From positions 36,156-100,155 of the IMG/VR virus record IMGVR_UViG_3300037475_000071: a stretch of 64,000 nucleotides of DNA; one strand, 5' to 3'. Origin of the DNA: a virus. How positions within the stretch are numbered: the first letter of the stretch is position 1; each line of letters starts with the position of its first letter. Positions 19,173-27,121 of the stretch are shown piece after piece. The notes under the pieces were generated by a model that worked only from the letters and a program-made list of their open reading frames with translations, was not told where the DNA came from and ran no database searches. The position numbers and the translations under genes were made by a program.

Positions 19173-19418
19173 ACGCCAATAATACAGTTCACTTGCTCAT
19201 GCGGAAACGAGTTTGAAAAGATACTGCCCTTCCGCAAAGTCCACGACAAAATGAAACACGCTTGCCCTTCCTGTGGCAAGAGCGCACCCAGAATCTTATT
19301 CTCCCGTGTGCTAGAGCCCCATTTTTATGGGAGTCCAGAAGGCTATCACAAGCCAAGCGCAGCGCGTAGATACAGCTACAAACTTGCAGCGGCCAACGGA
19401 AATGGAAACGCTATATGA
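19173..19418 (+). CDS. FmdB-type Zn-ribbon protein, probable ACG start
   Basis: (M)PIIQFTCSCGNEFE...CPSCG; AGGAGG 5 nt before ACG. Confidence 0.7.
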   Translation, partial: TPIIQFTCSCGNEFEKILPFRKVHDKMKHACPSCGKSAPRILFSRVLEPHFYGSPEGYHKPSAARRYSYKLAAANGNGNAI

Positions 19419-19600
19419 GACTACTAAGAATTTGGTTATGGACGTTAGGACTTGCCGGCATTCTGTCATTCCTATTCTCGGTGTGCATGGTAATCGGCAA
19501 CATCATCTACGACGCGGCCCCGTTTACCTCGGTGGCCGTTGCTTTCGTCAGCTTCACGCTGTTAATAGCCTACCTCATCAAGGAAGCTACAACACTGTAA
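19415..19600 (+). CDS. small two-TM membrane protein
   Basis: Two hydrophobic segments; ATGA and TAATG coupling. Confidence 0.65.
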   Translation: MRLLRIWLWTLGLAGILSFLFSVCMVIGNIIYDAAPFTSVAVAFVSFTLLIAYLIKEATTL

Positions 19601-20199
19601 TGACTATACACGCTCCTAAGATCGTACCTGAAATCTCAGTACCAAATGCTGAGTGCCCCTTCCCCCAGCGTTACAGCATGTATGAGGGCATGAGCAGTGA
19701 ACTGGAAGTTTTGGAATTCCTCCATTCGTTGGTGCGCCTACTCAAACCTGAAGTAGCTATAGAGACGGGTACCTACGTCGGCTGGTCGGCGTTGAACATG
19801 GTTCAGGCCATGCACAAGAACGGCTTCGGCGTTCTCCACACAGCAGAACCCTGCCGGGAACTATGGGAGGCCGCCGCCCAGCGCCTAGTAGGATACGAAG
19901 ACCACGTACAGTTTCACCATTGCACGGGAGAAGAAATGATTGACCGCATTCCCGACATCATTGACTTCGCGTTCTTGGATTCCAACATCGACACACGCAT
20001 TAGAGAGATGCGAGCTCTGATGCCGCGGCTAAAGGAGAACGGCGTCGTTGCGGTGCACGATTGTAGTAGTTTCCACCAGCAGAATAGCAATGGGCCGAGA
20101 AAAACCTTCATGGCCTTTGCCGCCACCCACAGAATGCAGATCATAAATCTAGATTCACCAAGAGGCGTTGCAGTTCTAAGGAGATGGCCTACCGTATGA
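19600..20199 (+). CDS. class I SAM-dependent methyltransferase (O-methyltransferase/Methyltransf_24-like)
   Basis: IETGTYVGWSA, DFAFLDS, L..NGVVAVHD; start moved to ATG 19600. Confidence 0.85.
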   Translation: MTIHAPKIVPEISVPNAECPFPQRYSMYEGMSSELEVLEFLHSLVRLLKPEVAIETGTYVGWSALNMVQAMHKNGFGVLHTAEPCRELWEAAAQRLVGYEDHVQFHHCTGEEMIDRIPDIIDFAFLDSNIDTRIREMRALMPRLKENGVVAVHDCSSFHQQNSNGPRKTFMAFAATHRMQIINLDSPRGVAVLRRWPTV

Positions 20200-20321
20200 C
20201 CGCAGCAATGCTTTACGAGGACTGGGAGAGCACTGGCCCTGGTCAGGAAGGCCCAGACGTAATTCTAATTCTACTTGTCTTGCTGCTGGTGGGACTTCTG
20301 GCAAAGGCGGTGTTCGGATGA
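20196..20321 (+). CDS. small single-TM protein (41 aa, not in ORF track)
   Basis: ATGA overlaps at both ends; VILILLVLLLVGLLA. Confidence 0.5.
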   Translation: MTAAMLYEDWESTGPGQEGPDVILILLVLLLVGLLAKAVFG

Positions 20322-20668
20322 AGGGTAAACGCGGCAGTCCAACCCAGTTAGAACTCAATCAAAAGCTGAAGGACAAGGTTGCAAAGCTGGAAGAGGAAGT
20401 CAAGACACTCCGGCGCAAGCTGAAGTCAAGCGAGTTCTGGTCGAAGTTCGTTTACCCAGAAGGGGCCAAGGCTACCGACATCCAGAACGAATTGATGGAT
20501 TACCACGAGATGTTGGGCGAGGTGGACAAGGTTTACGACCACATTACGTGCGGCCGGATTTCAAAGCCCAACACCAAAGCATCGTCGGTAATAGCTGTAG
20601 CCAATGAAGTGGCGCAACGGGACATACAGAACGCTATAGAAGATCACCACGAGGTCTATTCAGAGTAA
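20318..20668 (+). CDS. hypothetical coiled-coil protein
   Basis: VYDHITCGRISKPNT motif seen in small phage proteins. Confidence 0.7.
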   Translation: MKGKRGSPTQLELNQKLKDKVAKLEEEVKTLRRKLKSSEFWSKFVYPEGAKATDIQNELMDYHEMLGEVDKVYDHITCGRISKPNTKASSVIAVANEVAQRDIQNAIEDHHEVYSE

Positions 20669-21103
20669 ATGCCAACCAAATACTCATTGGGTCTATCGTT
20701 CAACAAGACTGGCAGCCGAGTGGTGCTCATTCGTAAAAAGCGTCCCAAGTGGCAGCTAGGCAGGTTGAACGGCGTCGGAGGCCATGTGGAACCCAGCGAG
20801 AGCTTCCGTCAGTGCATGGTGAGGGAGTTCAAGGAAGAGACTGGGGTAGCGACTGACCCTTATTCGTGGCAGGACTTTGGTCACTTGAAGAACCCCGCCG
20901 CGACCGTAGCCATGTTCATGCGCTTTGACGACGACGTGTACGACGTTCAAACCATGACCGACGAAGCTGTGGAGTTATGGGAGGTGAGTGATCTGCATAA
21001 AGAGCCGGACTCTGGACTCATGACAAACCTGCGATGGATTATTCCGTCAGCCGTGGACAAGTGGGAGCACAACAGTGGGTTGTACATTGAGGCTACGCTG
21101 TGA
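20669..21103 (+). CDS. Nudix (MutT-like) hydrolase
   Basis: GGHVEPSESFRQCMVREFKEETG Nudix box. Confidence 0.92.
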   Translation: MPTKYSLGLSFNKTGSRVVLIRKKRPKWQLGRLNGVGGHVEPSESFRQCMVREFKEETGVATDPYSWQDFGHLKNPAATVAMFMRFDDDVYDVQTMTDEAVELWEVSDLHKEPDSGLMTNLRWIIPSAVDKWEHNSGLYIEATL

Positions 21104-21121
21104 GCGACATGGAGAGAACTG

Positions 21122-21496
21122 GTGACAATCGAAGAACTGGCTAAGACCTACAAGCTCAAAACCAAGAAGGTCTGCGAGGGTGAGTACGTCATTCCCGGCA
21201 AGCTGGGGGAAATCTACATGTACGACGAGGACGAAGGTCTGGTCGGGGCGATGTTCCTGTCAGAGACTCCGACTAAAGGATGGGCGTTCCGCAAGAAAGA
21301 GTTCACTAAGGCGGGGGCCAGCATCGTTCAAAACGGTGAATACGAAGGAGCGGTATCATTCCCCGCCACCGACAAGGCACTAATGAAGCTAGCCATCAAG
21401 CTACTCGGCGTTAGAACCAAGAGAACGGTGTCGGAAACAGAGCGCAAGAAGCTGACAGACAGGCTTACTAAGGCGCGGCAGGCTAAAGGACGATAG
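21122..21496 (+). CDS. hypothetical protein
   Basis: GGAG RBS, 124 aa. Confidence 0.7.
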   Translation: MTIEELAKTYKLKTKKVCEGEYVIPGKLGEIYMYDEDEGLVGAMFLSETPTKGWAFRKKEFTKAGASIVQNGEYEGAVSFPATDKALMKLAIKLLGVRTKRTVSETERKKLTDRLTKARQAKGR

Positions 21497-21647
21497 CAAC
21501 CTCTGCGACGTTTTTAAAAGGGTACAGAAAACAGGGGGAATTCGTCCTAGAAACGATTGATACTGTACTGCCCACGTCGTACTGTCTAGCGATAAATTGT
21601 CATTACGGTTCATTAACCACGTAACCTATTAAGACACAAGGAGATAC

Positions 21648-21740
21648 ATGGCAAACGCAAAGATACTTAACAAAACTAACCTTAAACTTAGCACCAAAGA
21701 ACTAAAACTCCTTGTGGCTTTGCTTTGGAAAGGAATATAA
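21648..21740 (+). CDS. small basic peptide (30 aa, not in ORF track)
   Basis: AAGGAG RBS; MANAKILNKTNLKLSTKELKLLVALLWKGI; stop abuts next start. Confidence 0.5.
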   Translation: MANAKILNKTNLKLSTKELKLLVALLWKGI

Positions 21741-22106
21741 GTGAGCACAGCAGCCATCGCAGTTACCAACGCCAGCATCCAGCAATCCGGCGACAACGCA
21801 TCCGATGAACTCAAACGTCAACTGGCGGGTGCCATACTGGGCGTTGCCAAAACCAAGAGCGAGTTCACGACCGACGATGTTTGGACGGAGTTTGAACGTC
21901 GTGGAGGTACGTCCTACCTGTCCGCGGCTGAGCGATCAGTGCTTGGTTACGTCGTTAGGCAGGGTGTGCGGCTGGGCTATATCAATGCCAGCCAGAAGTC
22001 GCGGCGGTCAAAGCGGCCCTCATCACACAGTCGGCTTCTAACCGTGTTCGTATCCAACCAGAACAAGCTGAGTGACATTCAGGAAGGGCGGAACTATGTC
22101 TCCTAA
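21741..22106 (+). CDS. hypothetical protein (possible winged helix)
   Basis: FTTDDVW...LG.V...G.I....RS.RP.SH. Confidence 0.65.
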   Translation: MSTAAIAVTNASIQQSGDNASDELKRQLAGAILGVAKTKSEFTTDDVWTEFERRGGTSYLSAAERSVLGYVVRQGVRLGYINASQKSRRSKRPSSHSRLLTVFVSNQNKLSDIQEGRNYVS

Positions 22107-22335
22107 GAAGAGAGCAAAGCGCAAGGCGGCCGCAGCAAAGCCAATGAGGTTTAGATTTGTGAAAGATAATGATGGGCATACCTATCTTATAGAAGCAGAC
22201 CAGATAGGGCAGTTCGAAACATGGTTGGAAGCTGGGCCATACTGGGACTGGAATGGATACGAGGGAGAAGACTTCAACATCTACCGAGTAGACGGCACAG
22301 GGCAATACACCTTCACCGACCCACAGCAAGACTAG
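22096..22335 (+). CDS. hypothetical protein
   Basis: DNDGHTYLI motif. Confidence 0.65.
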   Translation: MSPKKRAKRKAAAAKPMRFRFVKDNDGHTYLIEADQIGQFETWLEAGPYWDWNGYEGEDFNIYRVDGTGQYTFTDPQQD

Positions 22336-22354
22336 CTCCTTTACAAACACAAAT

Positions 22355-22406
22355 AGACCCAAAGCCGCCTACCTGTACCTTGGTAGATGACTTTGGGTCT
22401 TTTTTA
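22355..22406 (+). terminator. intrinsic terminator
   Basis: AGACCCAAAG...CTTTGGGTCT followed by T-tract. Confidence 0.75.
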
Positions 22407-22435
22407 TTGTATGCTATAAAGCCTTGGAGGTAGCA

Positions 22436-22648
22436 ATGAACCTTGAACCAATCAAGCAACAACTGAAGGCGGAATTAGAGCGGATACAAACTGCACTGAC
22501 TGCGCTCGATGAACTAGACGGCGCAAAGCCAGCACAAGAGTACCGTTCAGTCAAAACAAACAAACGCCACATGAGCGAAGCAGCGCGTAAGCGCATTTCT
22601 ATGGCACAGAAAGCACGCTGGGCCAAACAACGTAAGGAAGCCGCATAA
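22436..22648 (+). CDS. small coiled-coil + basic tail protein (putative nucleoid/DNA-binding)
   Basis: GGAGG RBS; LKAELERIQTALTAL...KRHMSEAARKRISMAQKARWAK. Confidence 0.8.
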   Translation: MNLEPIKQQLKAELERIQTALTALDELDGAKPAQEYRSVKTNKRHMSEAARKRISMAQKARWAKQRKEAA

Positions 22649-22654
22649 CGAATC

Positions 22655-22686
22655 GGGCCGCGGAAGGAGACAGCAACCGCGGCCCA
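22655..22686. terminator. GC-rich hairpin at convergence of the two arms
   Basis: GGGCCGCGG...CCGCGGCCC. Confidence 0.6.
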
Positions 22687-22703
22687 ACCTCGTTCCCTCA
22701 ACT

Positions 22704-23528
22704 CTAAAAAATCTTCTGCACCGGAATCGGATACGGCCCTGTCAGCGTGTTTATCTTGTTGGTAGCACTCTGGCTTGTAGGGGTCGCGGGGTACACGCCG
22801 TTCACCGCATCGTATTCAAACCAAGCAATCGGCCCATAGCCACGCCGGAACTGCTTGGTCTCTTTGGCTGTGTATTGAACCACACCATTAACCAGCGCCC
22901 CACCGCGCTCGTAATCCGCAAACCAGTCCTCACCTGCCGGAAGGTCGCCAATCGCAGCCGAGTTCAGGTACGGCCCACGAACCGTGCAACGGCACAGCTT
23001 ATTGGAGTATCTAACCGCGTCTGGAACCCCACCCGTTTCGTAGGTAAGGTAGTCGGTTTCTGGAGGGGCTAAAGTAAACGACCACGAACCAGGTTCTGGC
23101 AATAATGTCACTGTCGGCATCACTGGATCAGGGGCGGCCATATACGCCACAGCCACGCCGGGGATGTCCGACGACGCACTGCCGGCCGTGTAGACCGGAG
23201 GTGGAACTACCAACGTTGAAGGAGTGTAGTCTAAATAACGTGGGAAACGACGTGCGCCGTTTTGGAAGAACATCTTCCCTGTTGACGGGTCTGTCCATAC
23301 CTTTTCCGTCAGGAGCTGGCGAATCCACGGGCCAGAGGCTCTGCACCAGTCCCACGGATACGTAGTGTTGTTCGTGGTGTTTATCCCTTTGGAGAACACA
23401 ACATCAATCGAACCATCTGCTGCGGCTGGGAAAGCGTAGACGTAGCTGGGCGTGCTGCCTGACAAGTATTTACCAGCCATCAGCGTCGGCGACGGCATCA
23501 TAATGTCGTTCAAAAAATCTATCCGCAT
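22704..23528 (-). CDS. hypothetical protein
   Basis: 274 aa, GGAG RBS. Confidence 0.75.
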   Translation of the reverse strand: MRIDFLNDIMMPSPTLMAGKYLSGSTPSYVYAFPAAADGSIDVVFSKGINTTNNTTYPWDWCRASGPWIRQLLTEKVWTDPSTGKMFFQNGARRFPRYLDYTPSTLVVPPPVYTAGSASSDIPGVAVAYMAAPDPVMPTVTLLPEPGSWSFTLAPPETDYLTYETGGVPDAVRYSNKLCRCTVRGPYLNSAAIGDLPAGEDWFADYERGGALVNGVVQYTAKETKQFRRGYGPIAWFEYDAVNGVYPATPTSQSATNKINTLTGPYPIPVQKIF

Positions 23529-23552
23529 TGGTACTCCATACTTAAAATTTGA

Positions 23553-23813
23553 CTAGCAGGGGCGCATGTTGGAATCGAAGTGGCTGCCGCCCCACGCGGC
23601 TATATAACGATAGTCGGCGTACAGGCATGAAGCGCAGAGGAGCACCTCGCCGGGATTAGCGAACTGCCCCCAGTAAATAGAAGACATCTCGAACGTCGCT
23701 GGCGCAGGCGGTAAGAACACGAATTTATCACACCGACTACACGCAGAGACAATCTCATCCGTGGCCATGCTACTGGTAACGTTTAGGCCAATTGAGGCAT
23801 CGTAGTCAGCCAT
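23553..23813 (-). CDS. hypothetical Zn-binding protein
   Basis: CSRC...CASC. Confidence 0.55.
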   Translation of the reverse strand: MADYDASIGLNVTSSMATDEIVSACSRCDKFVFLPPAPATFEMSSIYWGQFANPGEVLLCASCLYADYRYIAAWGGSHFDSNMRPC

Positions 23814-24169
23814 TAGCTAGGATCGGGGAGGCCCTCTCGGTCACCCTGCTTCCCGTCTCCTGCTTTGGTGAAGTATCTGCCTATAGAATTACCAACGCCG
23901 TTGGCTCCCAGAACGGTGAGCATAGTAGGAAAGTCCGTTCGGTCTTTAGCAAACATGAATGCCACAGTTACGGCTATAATTCCGAACGCCGTCGCAATTC
24001 CGTGGAGCAGGTAAACCATTCTCGACATTTCCTCTGGTTTCTCAAGACACCCGGTAAGGATGGTTTTCAGGAAATCAATCACCCTAGAGCGCATCTTAAC
24101 CCCAGCAATGAACGCCAGAGACGATGACGATAAAACAATAATGAGAACTTTCAGTACAGTGATAATCAT
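23813..24169 (-). CDS. holin-like membrane protein
   Basis: 2-3 hydrophobic segments, charged C-tail, distal end of late arm. Confidence 0.55.
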   Translation of the reverse strand: MIITVLKVLIIVLSSSSLAFIAGVKMRSRVIDFLKTILTGCLEKPEEMSRMVYLLHGIATAFGIIAVTVAFMFAKDRTDFPTMLTVLGANGVGNSIGRYFTKAGDGKQGDREGLPDPS

Positions 24170-24918
24170 AGATGCCCTATCTCATAACCGACAGCAGCGC
24201 CGAGAGCGATCTCTCCAACCTTTGTCACGCCGTCGAAGATGCGCCGTATCTTGGATTTCTTAGCAACCTTCTCGAAGGCGGCAACGGTGTCATTGCACTT
24301 GTCTAGTGTCTTGGTCACCGTCAGCAGTTCCCCAGTCAATGCCTGCGTCTTTCCCTGCTCGATCTGGTAGAGATTGGTCGTATCTTTCAGGTCGGATACA
24401 GCGGTGTCGCCCTTAATCTTGTCCTGAATGGCTCCTTGCACCTGTGCCGGCGTGAAGGCCAGCTTCTGGTCTGGGGTAATCTGTGCTTGCGCGTCGTAAT
24501 ACTGCTTTACGGCCTTGGCAACATCGTCTGGAGTGACCAGTGCTTGAACCGCCTGCGTCTGTTGCGCAGACTGTGCGTCACGTTGTACGACCGTGCGCGT
24601 TACTACTTGCTGCTGGGCCGTAGCGTTCTTTAGTTGCTGCTCAACCTGCGCCTTCTCGACCTGCATCTGCTTTAACTGCGCTTGATACCCAGCCTGAACC
24701 TGCTCGGCTGCGGCGAGTGCCTTATCATACCCAGTAATCTCGTGTTTCACCACGAAACCCAGTACGAGCAAAGCAGCCAGCAACACTGCTACGAGCAGTC
24801 CACTGACTTGGAGGTGCTTATTGCTTAGGATTTTGGCTTGGTTCTCGAAGCTGGTGAGGATTAACGAAAGGTCACTTTCTATCTTTTGTCCGGTCGTTGG
24901 TAAAGTCGGGGAAGCCAT
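24166..24918 (-). CDS. spanin-like membrane-anchored coiled-coil protein
   Basis: TM VSGLLVAVLLAALLVLGFVV, Gln/Ala coiled coil, hydrophobic Gly-rich C-terminus. Confidence 0.55.
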   Translation of the reverse strand: MASPTLPTTGQKIESDLSLILTSFENQAKILSNKHLQVSGLLVAVLLAALLVLGFVVKHEITGYDKALAAAEQVQAGYQAQLKQMQVEKAQVEQQLKNATAQQQVVTRTVVQRDAQSAQQTQAVQALVTPDDVAKAVKQYYDAQAQITPDQKLAFTPAQVQGAIQDKIKGDTAVSDLKDTTNLYQIEQGKTQALTGELLTVTKTLDKCNDTVAAFEKVAKKSKIRRIFDGVTKVGEIALGAAVGYEIGHL

Positions 24919-25615
24919 CGAAGTCCTCCTTCTTTTGTTCCTCTTTCGGCGTAGGTGGAACGAAGGTCTTGGCGCGTTTCCACTGAAACTCAGTCAGCTC
25001 TACCGGCAAAGATTCCATGTATTTATTGTTAATCGCTGCATGGACTTGGTTGCTAACGAAGCTGAGAACACCTACAATCTTTCCTTTATCGTTGAAAACC
25101 CCTGACCCAGAATCGCCGAAGAACCCGTTGAGGTCATACATCGTTATGCTCTCGGAGTCGGTATCCTCGTCGTCTTTTTTATCGAAGCTGGGACTGTCAT
25201 CGTCGTCAGTTGTTTCGTAGCCGCTAACGTATCCGCGGCGAAACACATCGTTGTTAGCGCCAGGATTACCGAAGATAAAAACCCCGTCACCTTGTTCTGG
25301 GGGCTTTACACTCATCTCTGCTATGTCGGTGAACGTAATACCATCCAGCAAATAGATGGCGTGGTCTAGCCCGTCTTCCATCACTTCGACAACTTTGACA
25401 GACTCCCCGTCTATCTCTATCGTGCGCGTGATTCCCACACAGTGGGCCGCCGTCAATAAAGCATTGGGGCCGACCGCCGTGCCGGAGCATTTCCCTCTAC
25501 CCTCGTTGATGCTACTAACGCGCAAGCGGTGAGTGGACTTGTGGGCGGTGCTCACAACCGAGTCCGCACCGAAGCCGAGGACGGAGCACATCAATATCAT
25601 TAAAAACGTTTTCAC
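24872..25615 (-). CDS. trypsin-like (S1) serine protease with signal peptide
   Basis: CSGT, LTAAHC, DHA, GDSGSG; N-terminus MKTFLMILMCSVLGFGA. Confidence 0.92.
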   Translation of the reverse strand: MKTFLMILMCSVLGFGADSVVSTAHKSTHRLRVSSINEGRGKCSGTAVGPNALLTAAHCVGITRTIEIDGESVKVVEVMEDGLDHAIYLLDGITFTDIAEMSVKPPEQGDGVFIFGNPGANNDVFRRGYVSGYETTDDDDSPSFDKKDDEDTDSESITMYDLNGFFGDSGSGVFNDKGKIVGVLSFVSNQVHAAINNKYMESLPVELTEFQWKRAKTFVPPTPKEEQKKEDFDGFPDFTNDRTKDRK

Positions 25616-25738
25616 TTCTGGTTCTCCTTGTCCTTCTTGGCGGCATCTAGTTTGTCTTTTACAGCTTGGCGGTATCGCGGATCGCGTTTATATCTATCGC
25701 GGGAATATTGCCACAGGATTTCTCGGAAGGTGCCTTCC

Positions 25739-25984
25739 TTATACGTTGGCGGTTTCGGCATTGTCTAACCTCTCCTCAACAACTCTGACCGCCGAGCGAA
25801 TGGTGACTTCGGCATCTTTCATTTCGTACCCAGTGGACTGAATATCCATATGTGGAACGCTGGCAGGAGCCAGTCCCCTCTTGGCTAGGTCTTTTTTGTA
25901 CTCGTCAAACAACGCCTTAATGTCGATGTTCAGTGAGCCAACGGTCTTTGGTTTGGAGCAGTGGAAATAGAGAACTTCACCCAT
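25739..25984 (-). CDS. hypothetical protein
   Basis: Overlaps kinase stop, 81 aa. Confidence 0.55.
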   Translation of the reverse strand: MGEVLYFHCSKPKTVGSLNIDIKALFDEYKKDLAKRGLAPASVPHMDIQSTGYEMKDAEVTIRSAVRVVEERLDNAETANV

Positions 25985-26711
25985 TCACTTCCTCCGTGGA
26001 AAGCAGCACAGTGTGCGCCCAGCTATTCAACTCTTCGGCGGTAGGGCCGGGAACGGAGTCAGCAACAATGGTGTCGAACAAAACTACTGCGTCTTTTTTA
26101 AGTTCTTCAAGACTGTTGTCGGGGCATACTATCTCATAATCGAATTTGTATCCGTCTAGCTTTGATTCGGAAGGATGAGTCAAACCGTTGTCGAAGCCGT
26201 AACGTTCAACCTTAACGGTAACGCCGTCCATGCGATTACGAATGAACCAGTACTCGTTAGGAAATCTTAAATCTGTCACGAGTGCTACTTGAGGCCGTTC
26301 TTTGTCCACCGTTGCCTGTAGGCGTCCTATCCAATAAAAGGGATTTTGAAACCTACGGTACTCAGTTCCCCAAAATTGTAAAAGCAGCCGTTGCTTACCG
26401 TAAGGGCAAAGGGGGTCAGCCATGTCTGGTGCTGGGTCGTAAGAGATACGAAGAGGTTGCCCTACGGCATCCTTGTACCCGTTCTGCACACAGAGCTTAT
26501 CCGCCCAATGGCAAAGGTGAGCAACAGCGTCTTGCGCAGACAAGTTGTGCTGCACCATCGTAAACTCTATGGCTTGGGTGTACTCTTTTTTCAATTCGTC
26601 AGCGAAGGCGTACTTGCGTATGTCGTACTGCCCACCGCGAGCCTTGATGATCTCAGCGGCAACCGTGTCCTTCCCGTTTCTTGCGCGAAACCCAATTCCT
26701 ATAAGCAACAT
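25977..26711 (-). CDS. deoxynucleoside monophosphate kinase
   Basis: IGIGFRARNGKDT, FADELK, RLLLQFWGTE, VTDLRFPNE, HPSE. Confidence 0.92.
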   Translation of the reverse strand: MLLIGIGFRARNGKDTVAAEIIKARGGQYDIRKYAFADELKKEYTQAIEFTMVQHNLSAQDAVAHLCHWADKLCVQNGYKDAVGQPLRISYDPAPDMADPLCPYGKQRLLLQFWGTEYRRFQNPFYWIGRLQATVDKERPQVALVTDLRFPNEYWFIRNRMDGVTVKVERYGFDNGLTHPSESKLDGYKFDYEIVCPDNSLEELKKDAVVLFDTIVADSVPGPTAEELNSWAHTVLLSTEEVNG

Positions 26712-27040
26712 TATCCCCTCCTCAGTTTGTCGAACTCTTGTACAAAGACATGGCGGACTGCTCGCTGTAGAACAACGAGAGCAACCTCGACTGCCATAGC
26801 CAAAAGGTAGGTTCGAACAACGCCGAGCACAGGGACGTGCAGTGCGAAATGAAGTAGAACATTAACGACGAACACTGCAACCGCAGTCAGAACATTTCCT
26901 AGTCCAAACAACAAAGCAATCACAGGGACTGCTACCGCATACCGTGCGGTGATCGTCTTTAGGGTTGTGTCTTCCTTCTTGATGGGCACGAGCAACTTAC
27001 CCAACCAAGCGTTTAATTTCTGCGATAGTCTCACCAACAT
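26711..27040 (-). CDS. membrane protein
   Basis: AAGGAG RBS; three hydrophobic segments. Confidence 0.65.
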   Translation of the reverse strand: MLVRLSQKLNAWLGKLLVPIKKEDTTLKTITARYAVAVPVIALLFGLGNVLTAVAVFVVNVLLHFALHVPVLGVVRTYLLAMAVEVALVVLQRAVRHVFVQEFDKLRRG

Positions 27041-27080
27041 CAGTTGGTTGTCTCCTTGTTTATGGGGTTAGAGGTTGACC

Positions 27081-27113
27081 ACAAGGTCTGCCAGTTTCCC
27101 CAGCAGACCTTGT
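27081..27113 (-). terminator. hairpin after the 1138 aa gene
   Basis: ACAAGGTCTGC/GCAGACCTTGT inverted repeat. Confidence 0.55.
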
Positions 27114-27121
27114 AGCGAAGT

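Noticed and set aside
19327-19599. N-terminal extension of the methyltransferase
   Set aside because: Overlaps two better-supported ORFs; coupled ATG at 19600
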